DNA of 63,865 nucleotides, counting the filler, from Saprolegnia diclina VS20 (lineage: Eukaryota): NCBI RefSeq assembly GCF_000281045.1. It is 7 parts of 3 records of this genome, joined end to end, with 100 filler letters (N's around TTAATTAATTAA, not from the genome) between each part and the next. Parts side by side here need not be neighbours in the genome. Positions count along the whole stretch, not along the records: positions 1 to 10,657 come from NW_008246117.1; positions 10,758 to 18,987 come from NW_008246117.1; 5 more parts are not named here. One strand, given 5' to 3'. Positions 1 through 12,774 of this stretch are shown here, in pieces. Position numbers and translations under genes: made by a program. The notes beneath the pieces were generated by a model. It did no database searches and was not told where the DNA came from. It saw only the letters and a list, made by a program, of their open reading frames with translations. Within the stretch, counting starts at the first letter, position 1. Every line of letters begins with the position of its first letter.

Positions 1-585
1 GTCACTGCCCCACCGACACCGACGACTGCAGCGCCGACGGTGCCAATCGTCGGTCGGACGTGCGGCAAGCCCGAATGGAACACCGACTACTCTGGCAACG
101 ACATTTCCAACTTTGGCACGACCGGAGACTTTGACAGCATGCTTGGCCAATGCTGCGATGCGTGCCGGTCCAATTCCAACTGCGGCGCCTACACCCTCGC
201 CGAAAATGTCTGCTACCTCAAGACGGCTGCTGGTGACCGCAAGCCGGCGAACGGCGCGACATCGGTGAGTGTGTTTGCGGTCACTGCACCACCGACTCCG
301 ACGACAGCCCTGCCGACGCCGACACCAGACCCGACGGGGTCGACCATTCGCAAGTGCGGCAACCCCGAGTGGAACACGGACTTTTCCGGCAGCGACCTCT
401 CGGACTTTCAGGCGACCGGCGACTTTGGCGCGATGCTCAGCCAGTGCTGCGACGCGTGCAAGAAGAGCGCCAAGTGCAACGCCTACACGCTCGCTGAGGG
501 TGTCTGCTACCTCAAGACGACAGCTGGCAACCGCAAGCCGACGCCGGGTGCGACCTCGGTTGCTGTGACCACCATCGCGTCGTAA
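1..585 (+). CDS. PAN/apple-domain repeat protein with Pro/Thr linkers, 3' part (5' end upstream of window)
   Basis: Two near-identical ~75-aa Cys-rich units (C-x-x-x-EWNTDYSG...QCCDAC-x5-C-x-AYT-x4-VCYLKT) separated by PTPTT linkers; the frame is open from base 1; stop TAA 583-585. Confidence 0.8.
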   Translation, partial: VTAPPTPTTAAPTVPIVGRTCGKPEWNTDYSGNDISNFGTTGDFDSMLGQCCDACRSNSNCGAYTLAENVCYLKTAAGDRKPANGATSVSVFAVTAPPTPTTALPTPTPDPTGSTIRKCGNPEWNTDFSGSDLSDFQATGDFGAMLSQCCDACKKSAKCNAYTLAEGVCYLKTTAGNRKPTPGATSVAVTTIAS

Positions 586-657
586 CGGATCCACCGTCGT
601 GGTCTTGTCTGCAGTGTTGAAGCATGTGTTTCAAATCCAAAATGATTTTTCAATTCA

Positions 658-2380
658 TTATGTCGTCTTGACAAACGGCACGCCCAGATCCAGCGTCGGC
701 GACGACGTATCGAGTCTGTTGATCATGATCGGTGCGCCACTCAACCCAAAGGCCCAAAAGAAGTAGGGCGCCCCACGCATCGCATACAGTGGAGCCGTGT
801 AGACGCCGTAGCGCATCACAAGCTCGTTCTGCACCCGACTCAACGTGACATTGCCGTACGCGTCAGCGGATACGTTGGCCACATACGTGCCGACAAGGGC
901 GTCTTGGGTCGCGATTGGCAAGGGATCTGTCATCGCGCTCCACGGCTTCCCGCCAAAGACATGCGGATGACACGCACCCGGTGGTCGGCGAGCGTTGGCA
1001 AAGGCGATTTCAGCGGCGAGGTTGGCCTGGAGCGTGGCTTCCGGAACGTCGAGGAAGAGGCCAATGAGGTACGCGCGCATACGATCGAGCATGTACGTGT
1101 CGGCCACGGGCCCGCCCATGGCCTTGGCGTTGCTCAAGAGCACGACACCGAGCGCGTCGTCCGGGAGGAAGCCGTTGCGCGTTCGAAATGCCACCATGTC
1201 GCCGCCCTTGTCAAAGTAATTGTGGCCAAACATGACGTTGCCGACGACGTCAAAGCCGTAGCCCGCCGCCATGACGCCGCCGTCCGCGTGGTACGTGTAG
1301 CCGACCCCTGGTGCGCCGGGCACAACGCTGGTTTGGATGCCGTGGCCCGTGATCAGTGTCTCGACCGCATGCGGCGAGGAGAAGATGCCAGCCCCTTTTG
1401 CGAGGAGAAATTTCGAGAAAATGGCCAAGTCGGCCGGTGTCGACACGATCGAGCCCGCGGCAAACGCTGCGTTTTGGTAGCTGCTGAACGTTTCGATGGA
1501 CGTCCGTAGATCGTACGGTCCAGCCACTTCGCCGTTACAGATGACGTGGCCGAACGAGAGGTCGCTGCCATTCTGCGGGACGTCCGGGACACTGCTGTAC
1601 GTGTGGGTCATGTGGAGCGGCTGGAAGAAGGTTTTGTGAAGGTACGCAGGCCACGACATGTTGGTTGCGTGCGCCAGCACTTGGCCGAGAATGACATAGT
1701 TGATGTTGGCGTACGCGTACCCGGCGCGCAACGGACGCGACGTGACGTAGCTACGCAGCACCTTGACAGCGCCGACTTCATCCGGTTGCACGTGCATCGT
1801 CCATGCGACTTCGGCTTCGTTGGTTGCAAAGACCGAGTTCATGGCTGCGAGGTCGCCAAGCGTTGTATACTGCTCGGCGTACTTGTCGACGAGCTGAAAC
1901 CACGGCAGACGGCGCTGGACCGGGTCGTCCCAGCTCAAGCGGCCTTCGTCGACCTAATCGCAAAGATGAATAATAAGACAATTGTACACTCAGTCAAACA
2001 TGTACCAGCTTGGCAATCCCGAGCGCGATAAACGTCTTGGTGAACGACCCAATCTGAAATTGCGTGTTTTCCGTCACGACGTTCGCGGCGTTGCCAAACT
2101 AGCAGCGTGCGCTGACACGGATAGTAGGGAGTCGGTGGATACATACCTCTTTGGTACCAAACCCTTGAGCTAGAATCGTCTCGTTTTGGTAAACGATCGA
2201 GACGCCGAGACCCGGCACCGCATGCGTCGCAAGCTGCTCCTGTACAAAGGCAATGGCCATCGCCTTCTTCTCGCTTAGCGATCGCGGATGGGACGTGCTA
2301 CCAAAACTGGCCCAGTCCAAGAGCACGCGGGCGAAGGGAAGCTGGAGGAGGAGGGCGACGAGAAGGTATGTCCACTGCAT
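658..2380 (-). CDS. Secreted serine beta-lactamase-like (AmpC/PBP family) hydrolase with DUF3471-like C-terminus, 3 exons
   Basis: Signal peptide MQWTYLLVALLLQ. Motifs: VPGLGVSIV, FQIGSFTK (SxxK), LSWDDPV, YAYANINY (YxN), FDKGGD, C-terminal LVGTY...YGNV. Exons 2380-2147, 2098-2006 and 1953-658 with GT-AG introns. Confidence 0.88.
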
Positions 2381-3531
2381 CGTGTCCACGCTGTGGCCAA
2401 AGGAAAAATGACTTGTCCTGTGGTCTATCGGTGTTGTAGTTGGCAGGAATGGTTTCTGATAATTCGCTGTTGGATGACCACAATCGCAACTCGAATCCAC
2501 CACTTTCTGAAATCGTGCACCGGATTGTCAATGGGGATAAACATTCGTGATGCCCAATGTTTGTTTCTTGGTGTGTTGGCGATCGAGAACCTGCATTTGA
2601 TTGTTTAAGTAGCGCTCTGGTCTATAACTACGGGAGACAACAAACATTCTACACTCTGTATTCTCTTGGTCACAAATGCACCTCCGGGCTAGCGCGGTTT
2701 TCAGCACGTTAGCTCGTTTCTCATNNNNNNNNNNNNNNNNNNNNNNNNNNNNNNNNNNNNNNNNNNNNNNNNNNNNNNNNNNNNNNNNNNNNNNNNNNNN
2801 NNNNNNNNNNNNNNNNNNNNNNNNNNNNNNNNNNNNNNNNNNNNNNNNNNNNNNNNNNNNNNNNNNNNNNNNNNNNNNNNNNNNNNNNNNNNNNNNNNNN
2901 NNNNNNNNNNNNNNNNNNNNNNNNNNNNNNNNNNNNNNNNNNNNNNNNNNNNNNNNNNNNNNNNNNNNNNNNNNNNNNNNNNNNNNNNNNNNNNNNNNNN
3001 NNNNNNNNNNNNNNNNNNNNNNNNNNNNNNNNNNNNNNNNNNNNNNNNNNNNNNNNNNNNNNNNNNNNNNNNNNNNNNNNNNNNNNNNNNNNNNNNNNNN
3101 NNNNNNNNNNNNNNNNNNNNNNNNNNNNNNNNNNNNNNNNNNNNNNNNNNNNNNNNNNNNNNNNNNNNNNNNNNNNNNNNNNNNNNNNNNNNNNNNNNNN
3201 NNNNNNNNNNNNNNNNNNNNNNNNNNNNNNNNNNNNNNNNNNNNNNNNNNNNNNNNNNNNNNNNNNNNNNNNNNNNNNNNNNNNNNNNNNNNNNNNNNNN
3301 NNNNNNNNNNNNNNNNNNNNNNNNNNNNNNNNNNNNNNNNNNNNNNNNNNNNNNNNNNNNNNNNNNNNNNNNNNNNNNNNNNNNNNNNNNNNNNNNNNNN
3401 NNNNNNNNNNNNNNNNNNNNNNNNNNNNNNNNNNNNNNNNNNNNNNNNNNNNNNNNNNNNNNNNNNNNNNNNNNNNNNNNNNNNNNNNNNNNNNNNNNNN
3501 NNNNNNNNNNNNNNNNNNNNNNNNNNNNNNN

Positions 3532-4695
3532 CAAACAGAACGGCGCTCGTAACGTCAAAGCCATAGCCAGCAGCCATGGCGCCACCGTCGGAAGAGTACG
3601 CGTAGCCCAAGACGTTGGCTGTCGAGACAGCCATCGGAACAATGTTGTGGCCCGTGATCATCGTGCTGATCGTCGCGGGCGAGCGAAAGATGCCATCGCC
3701 CTTCGAGAGGAGGAACTTGGAGAAGATCGCGAGGTCCGCCGCGGTGGAGATGATCGAGCCCGATGCGTCGCGCCCGTTCTTGTACCCCAGTGCAATCTCG
3801 GGCGACGACCGCAAATGATACGGTCCAGCCACCTTGCCGTTACAGATGACGTGGCCGAACGAGAGGTCGCCATTCGGTGGCACGTCGGGCACCGATGCAA
3901 ACGTATTGGTCATTTGAAGCGGCTGGAAGAAGGTTGTATCGAGGTACTGGGCCCATGTGGTATTTGTCTGGTACGCAATGACTTGGCCAAGGATCACAAA
4001 GTTCAAGTTGGCGTACGCGTAGCCGGGACGGAGACGCCGGGTCGTCTGGAAGCGGCGCAGCGACCGCACAAGCGTCTCCTCGTCCGTGTACAAGCCCAAG
4101 TTTAAAGCAACGTCGCCTTCGTAAGCACCAAACACCGAGTTCATGGCCGCAAGGTCGCCGAGCGTCGTGTACTTCTCCGCGTACTTGTCGACAAGCTCAA
4201 ACCACGGAAGGCGGAGCTTGACCGGGTCGTCCCAGCTCAAGCGGCCTTCGTCGACCTACGACAGTCGGTTGGTAGCCATGAGGACACTAGCAAAGGACCA
4301 CTGTTTCAGCAAGGTACGTACAAGCTTGGCAATTCCCAGCGCAATAAACGTCTTGGTAAACGACCCAATCTGAAATTGCGTGTTTTCAGTCACAACATTC
4401 GAGTCGTTGCCGTACTAGAAAAGCAGAGGTTCATGAGAGACCGCGTCCTTGCTACATAGTTGGAGCAAGTAGAACGTACTTGCTTGGTACCAAAGCCGCG
4501 GGTGAGGACAGTCTCGTTTTGGTAGACGATCGAGAGTGCAAAGCCCGGGACTGCGTGCTTCTGGAGTTGGTCTTCAACAAATGCGATCGCCATCGCCTTC
4601 TTCTCGTCGAGCGACCGCTTGTGGGGCCAGTCAACGACGAGGCGGGCATGAACAAGCTGCAAAAGCAAAATCGCTGCCACGTACATCCAACGCAT
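3532..4695 (-). CDS. Second serine beta-lactamase-like paralog (3' end lost in gap)
   Basis: Starts MRWMYVAAILLLQ; has the same SFTK, WDDPV and YAYANLNF motifs and the same two intron positions as the 658-2380 gene; runs into the N gap at 3531. Confidence 0.85.
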
Positions 4696-4946
4696 GAGTG
4701 CTTCTTGGCTGACGGCAAATCGACTTATGGTCATCTGCGTTGTTCGTGCACGGTCGGGCTCAGATGCGCAAACGATTGTGATTGGCTACCACGACGGCCT
4801 GCATTCTGCAAAGAGTGCACGTCTGATGTGCACGCGATGCCGCCTGTCCGACACTGCACCACAAATTGCTTGAACAAAAAACACGTGCATCGGCTCTAGA
4901 ATATCCTAGTCGTTTAGTCGATGGCTTTAATCGACTCGAATCGAGT

Positions 4947-7900
4947 CTAGTTGCACGTAAACCCGGCACTGCGAAGCGCCTCCCGGCCATCATCCTTGCC
5001 GACAATCACGCGCTGCAGAATCGACGGCGACGCCAAGTACGTCTGTGCGACGCGGACAACATCGTCCTTAGTCGTTGCGAGGAGTTGGCTGCGGCGCGCT
5101 TGCAGCATATCGTGGGTAAAGCCGCGCGTGAAAAGGCCTTTGCCCTTGGCCGACGGCGCTTGAGGCGCGTCGATCGACGAAAAGAGGCCGAGCAGCGCCT
5201 CGTCGACGTCGCGGTGCGAGAAGGCGCCGGTCGCCGCAAACGTGGCCGCGCCATCGTACGCCTCGAGCGTCTGGAGCGTGTGCGGGTCGTAGTACGAGCT
5301 CATTTGAAACACGCCTTCGCCCTATAAGTATCAACATATCAACTGAAAAATCGATACATCGATACAATTGTACCTGCGACGCGCCGGCCCCGTATGCACC
5401 GCCCTTTTCGCGCACGTGTTGATGCAAGTAGCACGAAGAGAGCACCTACAACGGCATAGTAGTGTCATCTTCACTAAGGACAATGGTATCCACCTGCGCC
5501 AGGACCGTCAGCGGCACATGGTCCGGATGGAAGAGCGGCACGGTCGGAATCGCTTGGACGTTGAAATTGACCGAGAGGGGGTACCCAAAAAACGCATTGG
5601 GCGTCGCGTCCGGGAGTTGCGTCGGGGAAAACACGGATGCGACAGGCGCGACATCGTTCGCCTTTGGAAGGTGGGCGACAAGCGATCCCGCAATGGAGGC
5701 TTCGATCCCCGTCATCAGGTGCGGTTCGGTGACCACCGAGAGACGCATGGTGTCGGACTGGAAAATGTGCTGGGCAAGTGCACTCAGCGCGGCCGCAAAC
5801 TGCAGCAGCATCGCCGGGTCGTCTTCGGTGGCCTTGAGCCAGGCTTGCATCGCATCGATTGCCGTTAGCCCATGCAATCTATTTTCATCATTTTTCATGA
5901 TATTATAGACCAAATGTAAAAACGTACTGTTCATAGGGTGTCGAGACCGCCGTGAGACCGTACTGGGCACGGGTCGCCGCGAGCTGGTGCCCGCTCGACG
6001 CCACTGACGCGCTGGCCGCCGACGCGGTGCTCGTCAGCAGTGTCTTGAGCTGCTGCACGTTTTCGGGCGACGTAAATTGTGTGTCGGTAAAGATAGCCAC
6101 AAGGCACGCGAGCGTCGCGTCGACCTTGTGCGGCAGACAGAGTGTCTCGACCAAGAGCGACTCGGTGTACGTCGCCGTCGTGTGCGTGTCTACAACAAGT
6201 GTCACCAAGATCTGGTGGCGGGTAAACTCAAATCTATACCCGGAACGAGCAACGTCGAGGCCGAGACACCGCCGCTGATCGACTGAACGGTGGTCGCGAG
6301 GTCCTGGAACGAGAGCTGGCTCGTGCCGAGTTGGCCGAGCACGGACGCAAAGAACGGCAAGTACGGCTTGAGCTCGGTCGGGACACGCGACGTGTCAAAC
6401 TTGAGCCGAAAGTACCTACATGTCCCATAAAAATATGTAAAAATATTGGACAACTTGTCTGTTTGTGTACGTGAGTTCATTGGTCGACTGCGGCACGAAT
6501 TGAATGTTGACGCCGCGCGTCTCGGTCGTCAACTTGGGGTGCTGCAGCGGAATGTCTTGCAGCGTCAACGTCGGGAGGCAGTCGACGTCCGGCACCTNNN
6601 NNNNNNNNNNNNNNNNNNNNNNNNNNNNNNNNNNNNNNNNNNNNNNNNNNNNNNNNNNNNNNNNNNNNNNNNNNNNNNNNNNNNNNNNNNNNNNNNNNNN
6701 NNNNNNNNNNNNNNNNNNNNNNNNNNNNNNNNNNNNNNNNNNNNNNNNNNNNNNNNNNNNNNNNNNNNNNNNNNNNNNNNNNNNNNNNNNNNNNNNNNNN
6801 NNNNNNNNNNNNNNNNNNNNNNNNNNNNNNNNNNNNNNNNNNNNNNNNNNNNNNNNNNNNNNNNNNNNNNNNNNNNNNNNNNNNNNNNNNNNNNNNNNNN
6901 NNNNNNNNNNNNNNNNNNNNNNNNNNNNNNNNNNNNNNNNNNNNNNNNNNNNNNNNNNNNNNNNNNNNNNNNNNNNNNNNNNNNNNNNNNNNNNNNNNNN
7001 NNNNNNNNNNNNNNNNNNNNNNNNNNNNNNNNNNNNNNNNNNNNNNNNNNNNNNNNNNNNNNNNNNNNNNNNNNNNNNNNNNNNNNNNNNNNNNNNNNNN
7101 NNNNNNNNNNNNNNNNNNNNNNNNNNNNNNNNNNNNNNNNNNNNNNNNNNNNNNNNNNNNNNNNNNNNNNNNNNNNNNNNNNNNNNNNNNNNNNNNNNNN
7201 NNNNNNNNNNNNNNNNNNNNNNNNNNNNNNNNNNNNNNNNNNNNNNNNNNNNNNNNNNNNNNNNNNNNNNNNNNNNNNNNNNNNNNNNNNNNNNNNNNNN
7301 NNNNNNNNNNNNNNNNNNNNNNNNNNNNNNNNNNNNNNNNNNNNNNNNNNNNNNNNNNNNNNNNNNNNNNNNNNNNNNNNNNNNNNNNNNNNNNNNNNNN
7401 NNNNNNNNNNNNNNNNNNNNNNNNNNNNNNNNNNNNNNNNNNNNNNNNNNNNNNNNNNNNNNNNNNNNNNNNNNNNNNNNNNNNNNNNNNNNNNNNNNNN
7501 NNNNNNNNNNNNNNNNNNNNNNNNNNNNNNNNNNNNNNGGCAGCACGTGGGCTTGGACCCACTTGGTCTGCGCGGCGGCGTCGCCGCTCACGCCATCGTC
7601 CGGCCCTTCCAGCTCCACAAGCGGCGCGGCCACGCGCGGTGGCACGACTACCGACGGCGCAATCTTAACGGCCTTCGCCGCTTCAAATTGCGAGAGGACG
7701 TTGTCGTTGATGTAGGCGAGATGCTCCGACAACGCAAAGTTACCGTACGAGTAGAAGAGGGCATTCGACGGGTGGTAGTGCGTCGCATGGAAGGCCTTGA
7801 GCTCGTCATGCGACAGCGACGGAATGACAGTCGGGTCGCCGCCGCTCACGTGAGCATAGACGCTGTCCGTCGGCATCACATGCTGCTGCAAACGCGTCGC

Positions 7901-8630
7901 AAAGAGCGTGTCGCTGTCCGAGAGCGTGCCCTTCATCTCGTTGAAGACGACACCCTAATGTTGTCATTTTCAACAGCGTGCTCCCTAGTACGTCGTCGTA
8001 CCTTGTACTGCAGGTGGCCCGTCGTCTCGTCGAGCGCGAGACGGTGGCCTTCCTGAAGAAAGTCCAATTCGCGCAGCCGCGGAAAAAAGGTTGCGTCCAA
8101 GTAGACACGGAGGAGGTTGTCGAAATCCGTGCGGTTGGTCGTTGCGAACGGGTACATGGTGTGGTCGGCGCCGGTCATCGCGTTCATAAAGTTGTTGAGA
8201 CTGCGCTTGAGCATGTTGAAGAACGGGTCGCGGACCGGGTACTGCTTGGAGCCACAGAGCACGAGGTGCTCGAGCTACGCCATCGACATGAGCGAATCCA
8301 TGGGCTCGACCGAGCGGATGTACAATGTGCGCAATGCCATTCGACGACGTCGGCGGCGTGCGAAAGTTGACGCTACATGATGCAAGCTGAGAGTCAATGC
8401 GTCGCGCGCTGGACGCACCTAAAGACGTTGTTGCTGTCGACGCTGTCAATGTGCAAGTAGTCGGCCTTGGTCGCTTCGTGCTGGAGCTGGATCGCGGTGA
8501 TCGAGTACTCGGGAATCGCTTCCTTGCGCACCACCTTGAAGCCATGCGTCGTCGACCCGACCGCGTACGCGTCCACGGTCGTCGAGAGGCGCCGCGTGGC
8601 GCGCGCAAACCGCGTCGCTCGGAGCAGCAT
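4947..8630 (-). CDS. PITRM1: Mitochondrial presequence protease (M16C; PreP/PITRM1/Cym1), multi-exon, internal gap
   Basis: Arg-rich targeting peptide [16 protein letters not shown]. HxxEH motif [14 protein letters not shown] is split by an intron. Further motifs: [48 protein letters not shown]. Confidence 0.93.
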
Positions 8631-9094
8631 GCTGACCTTCGTGACGATTCGACAAGTTCATTGGTCGATTGCCTTTGCTACGACCAGCTAATTACACGCC
8701 CCTTAAATAGGCCATTCGCCAAAGGTATCGCCGCCTTGGCAAGCGACGTCGCCGAGCCCTCGCGCCTTTCACGCGTCGCCGGTCGTGTTTTTCACGCAAC
8801 CAGAACCGTTCACAGAGGCCATGACGGTACATGCGGCATGGACCCGCGCCGGTGCGTGGACAGACGCCGCCGCCGAGGTTGCGTTGCGTGGGGTTAGCCT
8901 TGCACTGGACTGGTTGTTTGTATACCACAACACACTATATCCGTGCCAATACGTGTTACACTATAACCTGAACAAGTACGGCATGTACTATTTTATTATA
9001 CTAATGATTGTATGGAGCTTGCCCTGTGAGTTGCATATTATCGACGGGAAATACTGTGCCGCTCACACTGCGCAAGTGGCGACGAAGAGCCACG

Positions 9095-10588
9095 ATGTTG
9101 AAGGAAGAAGACCCGCTCATTGAGCTCATCCGCGAATGGATCATGGCGCCGATCGACGAGTCGGCTGGCCTCCAGCTCACCATCATGGAGGTCTTCACGC
9201 TCGTTGAAGAGATGATCAACGAGCACGTGCTCGAGCCGCACGGCAGCCGCCTCCGCAAGTACATCCCCAAGGTCCGGCGCATCTTTGCGCCCATGAAGCT
9301 CATGGACGCGGTCCACATGTACGACGAGTCGACGCACTTCTCCAAGCGCAAGCGCGTCGCACCGACGTTCAAGGAAGTCCGCCACATTCTCAACCTCGCG
9401 ACCGTACGCCTACCACAGGCTTGCATGAGGACGCATGATGCCACGGCTCGTAGATCCACGCGATTGCGCCGACGCTCAAGATGGTGACGTTCGACGCCGA
9501 CGATACCATCTACGAAGACGGCGGCACCATTAGGTACACAAACGTCATCTTCTTTGCGAAGCGCCTTCTTATACTTGTGCTAGCGCCTCGTCCGAGATGG
9601 TGCAGGTCATTGTCGGCCTCTTGCAAAAGGGCATCGTGGTCTCACTCGTCACGGCAGCCGGGTACCCGAACGAGCCCGCGCGGTACGAAGCGCGTCTGCA
9701 CGGCGTACGTCCTTGCAACTCCCATGCACCTTGCGTCATGCTACGTACACCACTAGATCCTCGAAGTGCTCGCAGGCCTCACGCCGGCCGAGCGCTCGCG
9801 CTTCCATGTACACGACGATTCTCGACGCTACCAGGCTTAGCGCCTCCGTAGGTCATGGGCGGCGAGTGCAACTACCTCCATGTGACCGAGACTTGCGCGA
9901 CGACTGGCAAGGTCTCGCTGCGCGTTGTGCCCGGCCGCGAGTGGAAGGACGGTCGGGGCGAGCGCTGGGACCAGGCCGAAGTCGACCAGCTCCTCGATGT
10001 TGCCGAGGTTGTCTTCTATCTCCACCTCGAATCTCAATCTCAATCTTGACATTCAACTGCGTAGAAAGTGCTGATCGAAATGGTCGATACGTTTCAGCTC
10101 ACGGCGGCAGTCCTTCGCAAGGAGCGCGCGATTGGCATCTACAACACGTCGACGACCAAGCGGCTCTGCTACGAGACGCTCGAGGAAATCGCGCTCACCG
10201 TGCAGCACGCACTCAAGGACCACTCGATCCCGCACTGCGCGTTCAACGGCGGCAACGACGTCTTTGTCGACATTGGCAACAAGGCGCTCGGTATCTCAGC
10301 GCTGCAGGCGTTTGTGGGCGACCGCCTCCCGACGCCGCAGGTACTAGTACCGACCTTGCACCTGCACCTTACAATAAGTGCTAGACGTTGCTGGCCGGCC
10401 ACGAATGCCTCCATGTCGGCGACCGCTTTACGCGCACCGGTAGACGCGCTATGCGACGAGTGGGAACTCATGACGTGGCGTGCGTAGGCAACGACACGCG
10501 CTCGCGCGACGTCGCGTCGACCGTGTGGGTCTCCAACCCCGAAGAGACGGGTTACATCATGAAGACGCTGCTGCAGACGTTGCCGTAG
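9095..10588 (+). CDS. ISN1: IMP-specific 5'-nucleotidase (HAD family), multi-exon; start codon uncertain
   Basis: Motifs KRVAPTFKEVRHILN, HAD motif VTFDADDTIYEDG, VTAAGYP, VMGGECNYL, RKERAIG, CAFNGGNDVFVDIGNK, LHVGDRF..GND; stop TAG 10586-10588. Confidence 0.9.
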
Positions 10589-10657
10589 ACCCGAGTTATA
10601 TGGACAGAGTGTCCTTCCTAATGCGAACCCTTAAAGCATGCTTGCGGTGAACGTAGC
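10566..10657 (+). repeat. 92-bp segment (ISN1 3' end and UTR), exact copy at 12365-12456
   Basis: cgctgctgcagacgttgccgtag...ggtgaacgtagc is identical at both sites, and both copies end at an N gap. Confidence 0.95.
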
Positions 10658-10757
10658 NNNNNNNNNNNNNNNNNNNNNNNNNNNNNNNNNNNNNNNNNNN
10701 NTTAATTAATTAANNNNNNNNNNNNNNNNNNNNNNNNNNNNNNNNNNNNNNNNNNNN
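10658..10757. other. Artificial 100-bp contig linker (44N-TTAATTAATTAA-44N); 12-mer also at 19032, 42146, 52809, 58739, 62472
   Basis: The identical six-frame-stop 12-mer is centred in runs of N at all six sites. Confidence 0.97.
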
Positions 10758-11755
10758 GGGGGGCCGCCAGTAGAACGCCTTGCGGCGGGATTTTGCGGAC
10801 CATGGCGGCCAGCGTTCGCAGCGTGGCATAGTTGGCCAGACACATGGCGAGCTTGAACGTTGCGTCCCACCCCGAGGTGGGGACGATGGTGCGGACAAGC
10901 AGCGTCGTGGTCGTCCGCCACCGGGCGTCTTGGGCGAGGATGCCACCCGACTCTTTCGCGATCAACACGGGGAGCAGTGTCACGAGCGGAAATAGCACCG
11001 TCAGCGCAAACCTACACCACAATTGACGGTCAATATCCCGGTAAAATGCCCGAAAACAAAATGTACCCAATGATGCTATTGACAAATAGCCGAAACGTCG
11101 TGTGGAAAAACGGAATTGTCGAGAGAATGAACCACGGTGCGACGAGACAGTGGAGGATGATGCACGACACGTATGTTGTCAAGAGACTCTTGTTGGTCGT
11201 GAGGTGCGAGAGCCACCATGCTTGCACACTTTGGACGCCAATTTCAGCGCATTGAAACCCGCCTAGAGACATGTTGTCAAAATGGTGGCAACTTGAAAAA
11301 ACCAGAAATTTGAAAATACGAGAAATGCAACGTACACAACCAATAGTGAGGTGTCCGGGTGTGCATGGTCAGACTGTGCAAGAGCGATCCGCGGCGTCGG
11401 CGGCGCCCCGTCGGGACCATGTCCAGTGCTACGCCATAGACGTGCAAGGCTGCAAGTAAAAAGTACATGCTGCCGCAGAGCTTGGGCTGATAGGCATTCA
11501 ATGTGCTATGAGGATTTCGCGAGTGAGCAACAAATCACTTGTCATGAAAGAAGTGGCGTACATGCGCTCGGTATTGGAGAGAATCGTGTAGATGTAGCCC
11601 GAGACGACGAAGTAGACGGCCGAGACTGCGTGCTTGCAGATGCAGAAAAGCCACATGATGGAGCGCGACCGGATGCGAATCTGGCGCGGCGAGAGCGAGC
11701 TGCGTCGACGCAGCGCTGTCACGAGCTCCACGAGTGACCTCCGGTGCGTCGTCAT
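10758..11755 (-). CDS. Multi-pass membrane protein, 5' part (possibly oomycete TM+LRR family)
   Basis: Hydrophobic segments IMWLFCICKHAVSAVYFVVSGYIY, CGSMYFLLAALHVYG, YVSCIILHCLVAPWFI and FALTVLFPLVTLLPVL. Removing a GT-AG intron at ~11559-11506 restores the frame (ERITLNAYQP). Runs into the linker. Confidence 0.65.
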
Positions 11756-12774
11756 GCGCGTATCTATTTTTGGCGCGTTTTTCTGATTGACGTGCGGGTT
11801 TTACTCCTGTGCACTCGTACATAATTATACGTTCAACTATGTTTAAAAATGGACTTTCGTGATTCGCTTTGTGGGTATAGATCGTAGGAACAGCGAAACA
11901 CATATTCACCGTCACGGCAGCCGCGTTTGGAGGGTATGATTGGTGACACGAAGCTTTTGTGCTTAAAGCCCAAGAGTGAATGTGGAGTCCTGCAAAGTGA
12001 CGACATGTGATACTAGTAGCACCAAACAAGCTGTGAGTTTGCTCGAGTGAAAGGATGCAAATAGAGTACTCTCTCCGTTTTGCAAGCTCCATATTCTGAA
12101 GGATTGCTAATTGGTGGTGTGTTGAGGCATTTCTAATCATGCAAGCTAGTTGAAGTTGCGTTCTCGCTGTAGAGCGAGCCACGTCACGGTTCCAGAAAAA
12201 AGGTAAATCGAGTGACCAAACTTCACAACTTGTTTGCGGCCACTTAATGACAAAAGAAACAAAGTGGCAGCGCCACAGCACATTTTAGGTGTTGCGTTTT
12301 ACACGTTGATTTATCTCGGTAGGACTGTCAAACTCGAATTTAGAAGCTTGTAGCGAGCCGGCTCCGCTGCTGCAGACGTTGCCGTAGACCCGAGTTATAT
12401 GGACAGAGTGTCCTTCCTAATGCGAACCCTTAAAGCATGCTTGCGGTGAACGTAGCNNNNNNNNNNNNNNNNNNNNNNNNNNNNNNNNNNNNNNNNNNNN
12501 NNNNNNNNNNNNNNNNNNNNNNNNNNNNNNNNNNNNNNNNNNNNNNNNNNNNNNNNNNNNNNNNNNNNNNNNNNNNNNNNNNNNNNNNNNNNNNNNNNNN
12601 NNNNNNNNNNNNNNNNNNNNNNNNNNNTCGACGCCAAATTGCGTCGCTGGATCGTGTCTCTTTGTCGAACTGTCAAGCTCGAATCTAGAAGCTTGTAGCG
12701 ATCCGGCACCTTTTCAAACACCGATTCCATCCAAGTGCCAACCCAGGTATGCAACATGACGGTATAGATCGATC

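Noticed and set aside
2528..8056. Long X-filled ORFs in the track (also around 35231-35394 and 60971-61966)
   Set aside because: They are artefacts of reading through N gaps.
10702..10713. TTAATTAATTAA repeated six times in the window as a possible biological motif
   Set aside because: It is always centred in a 100-bp N block, so it is an assembly linker with stops in all frames.
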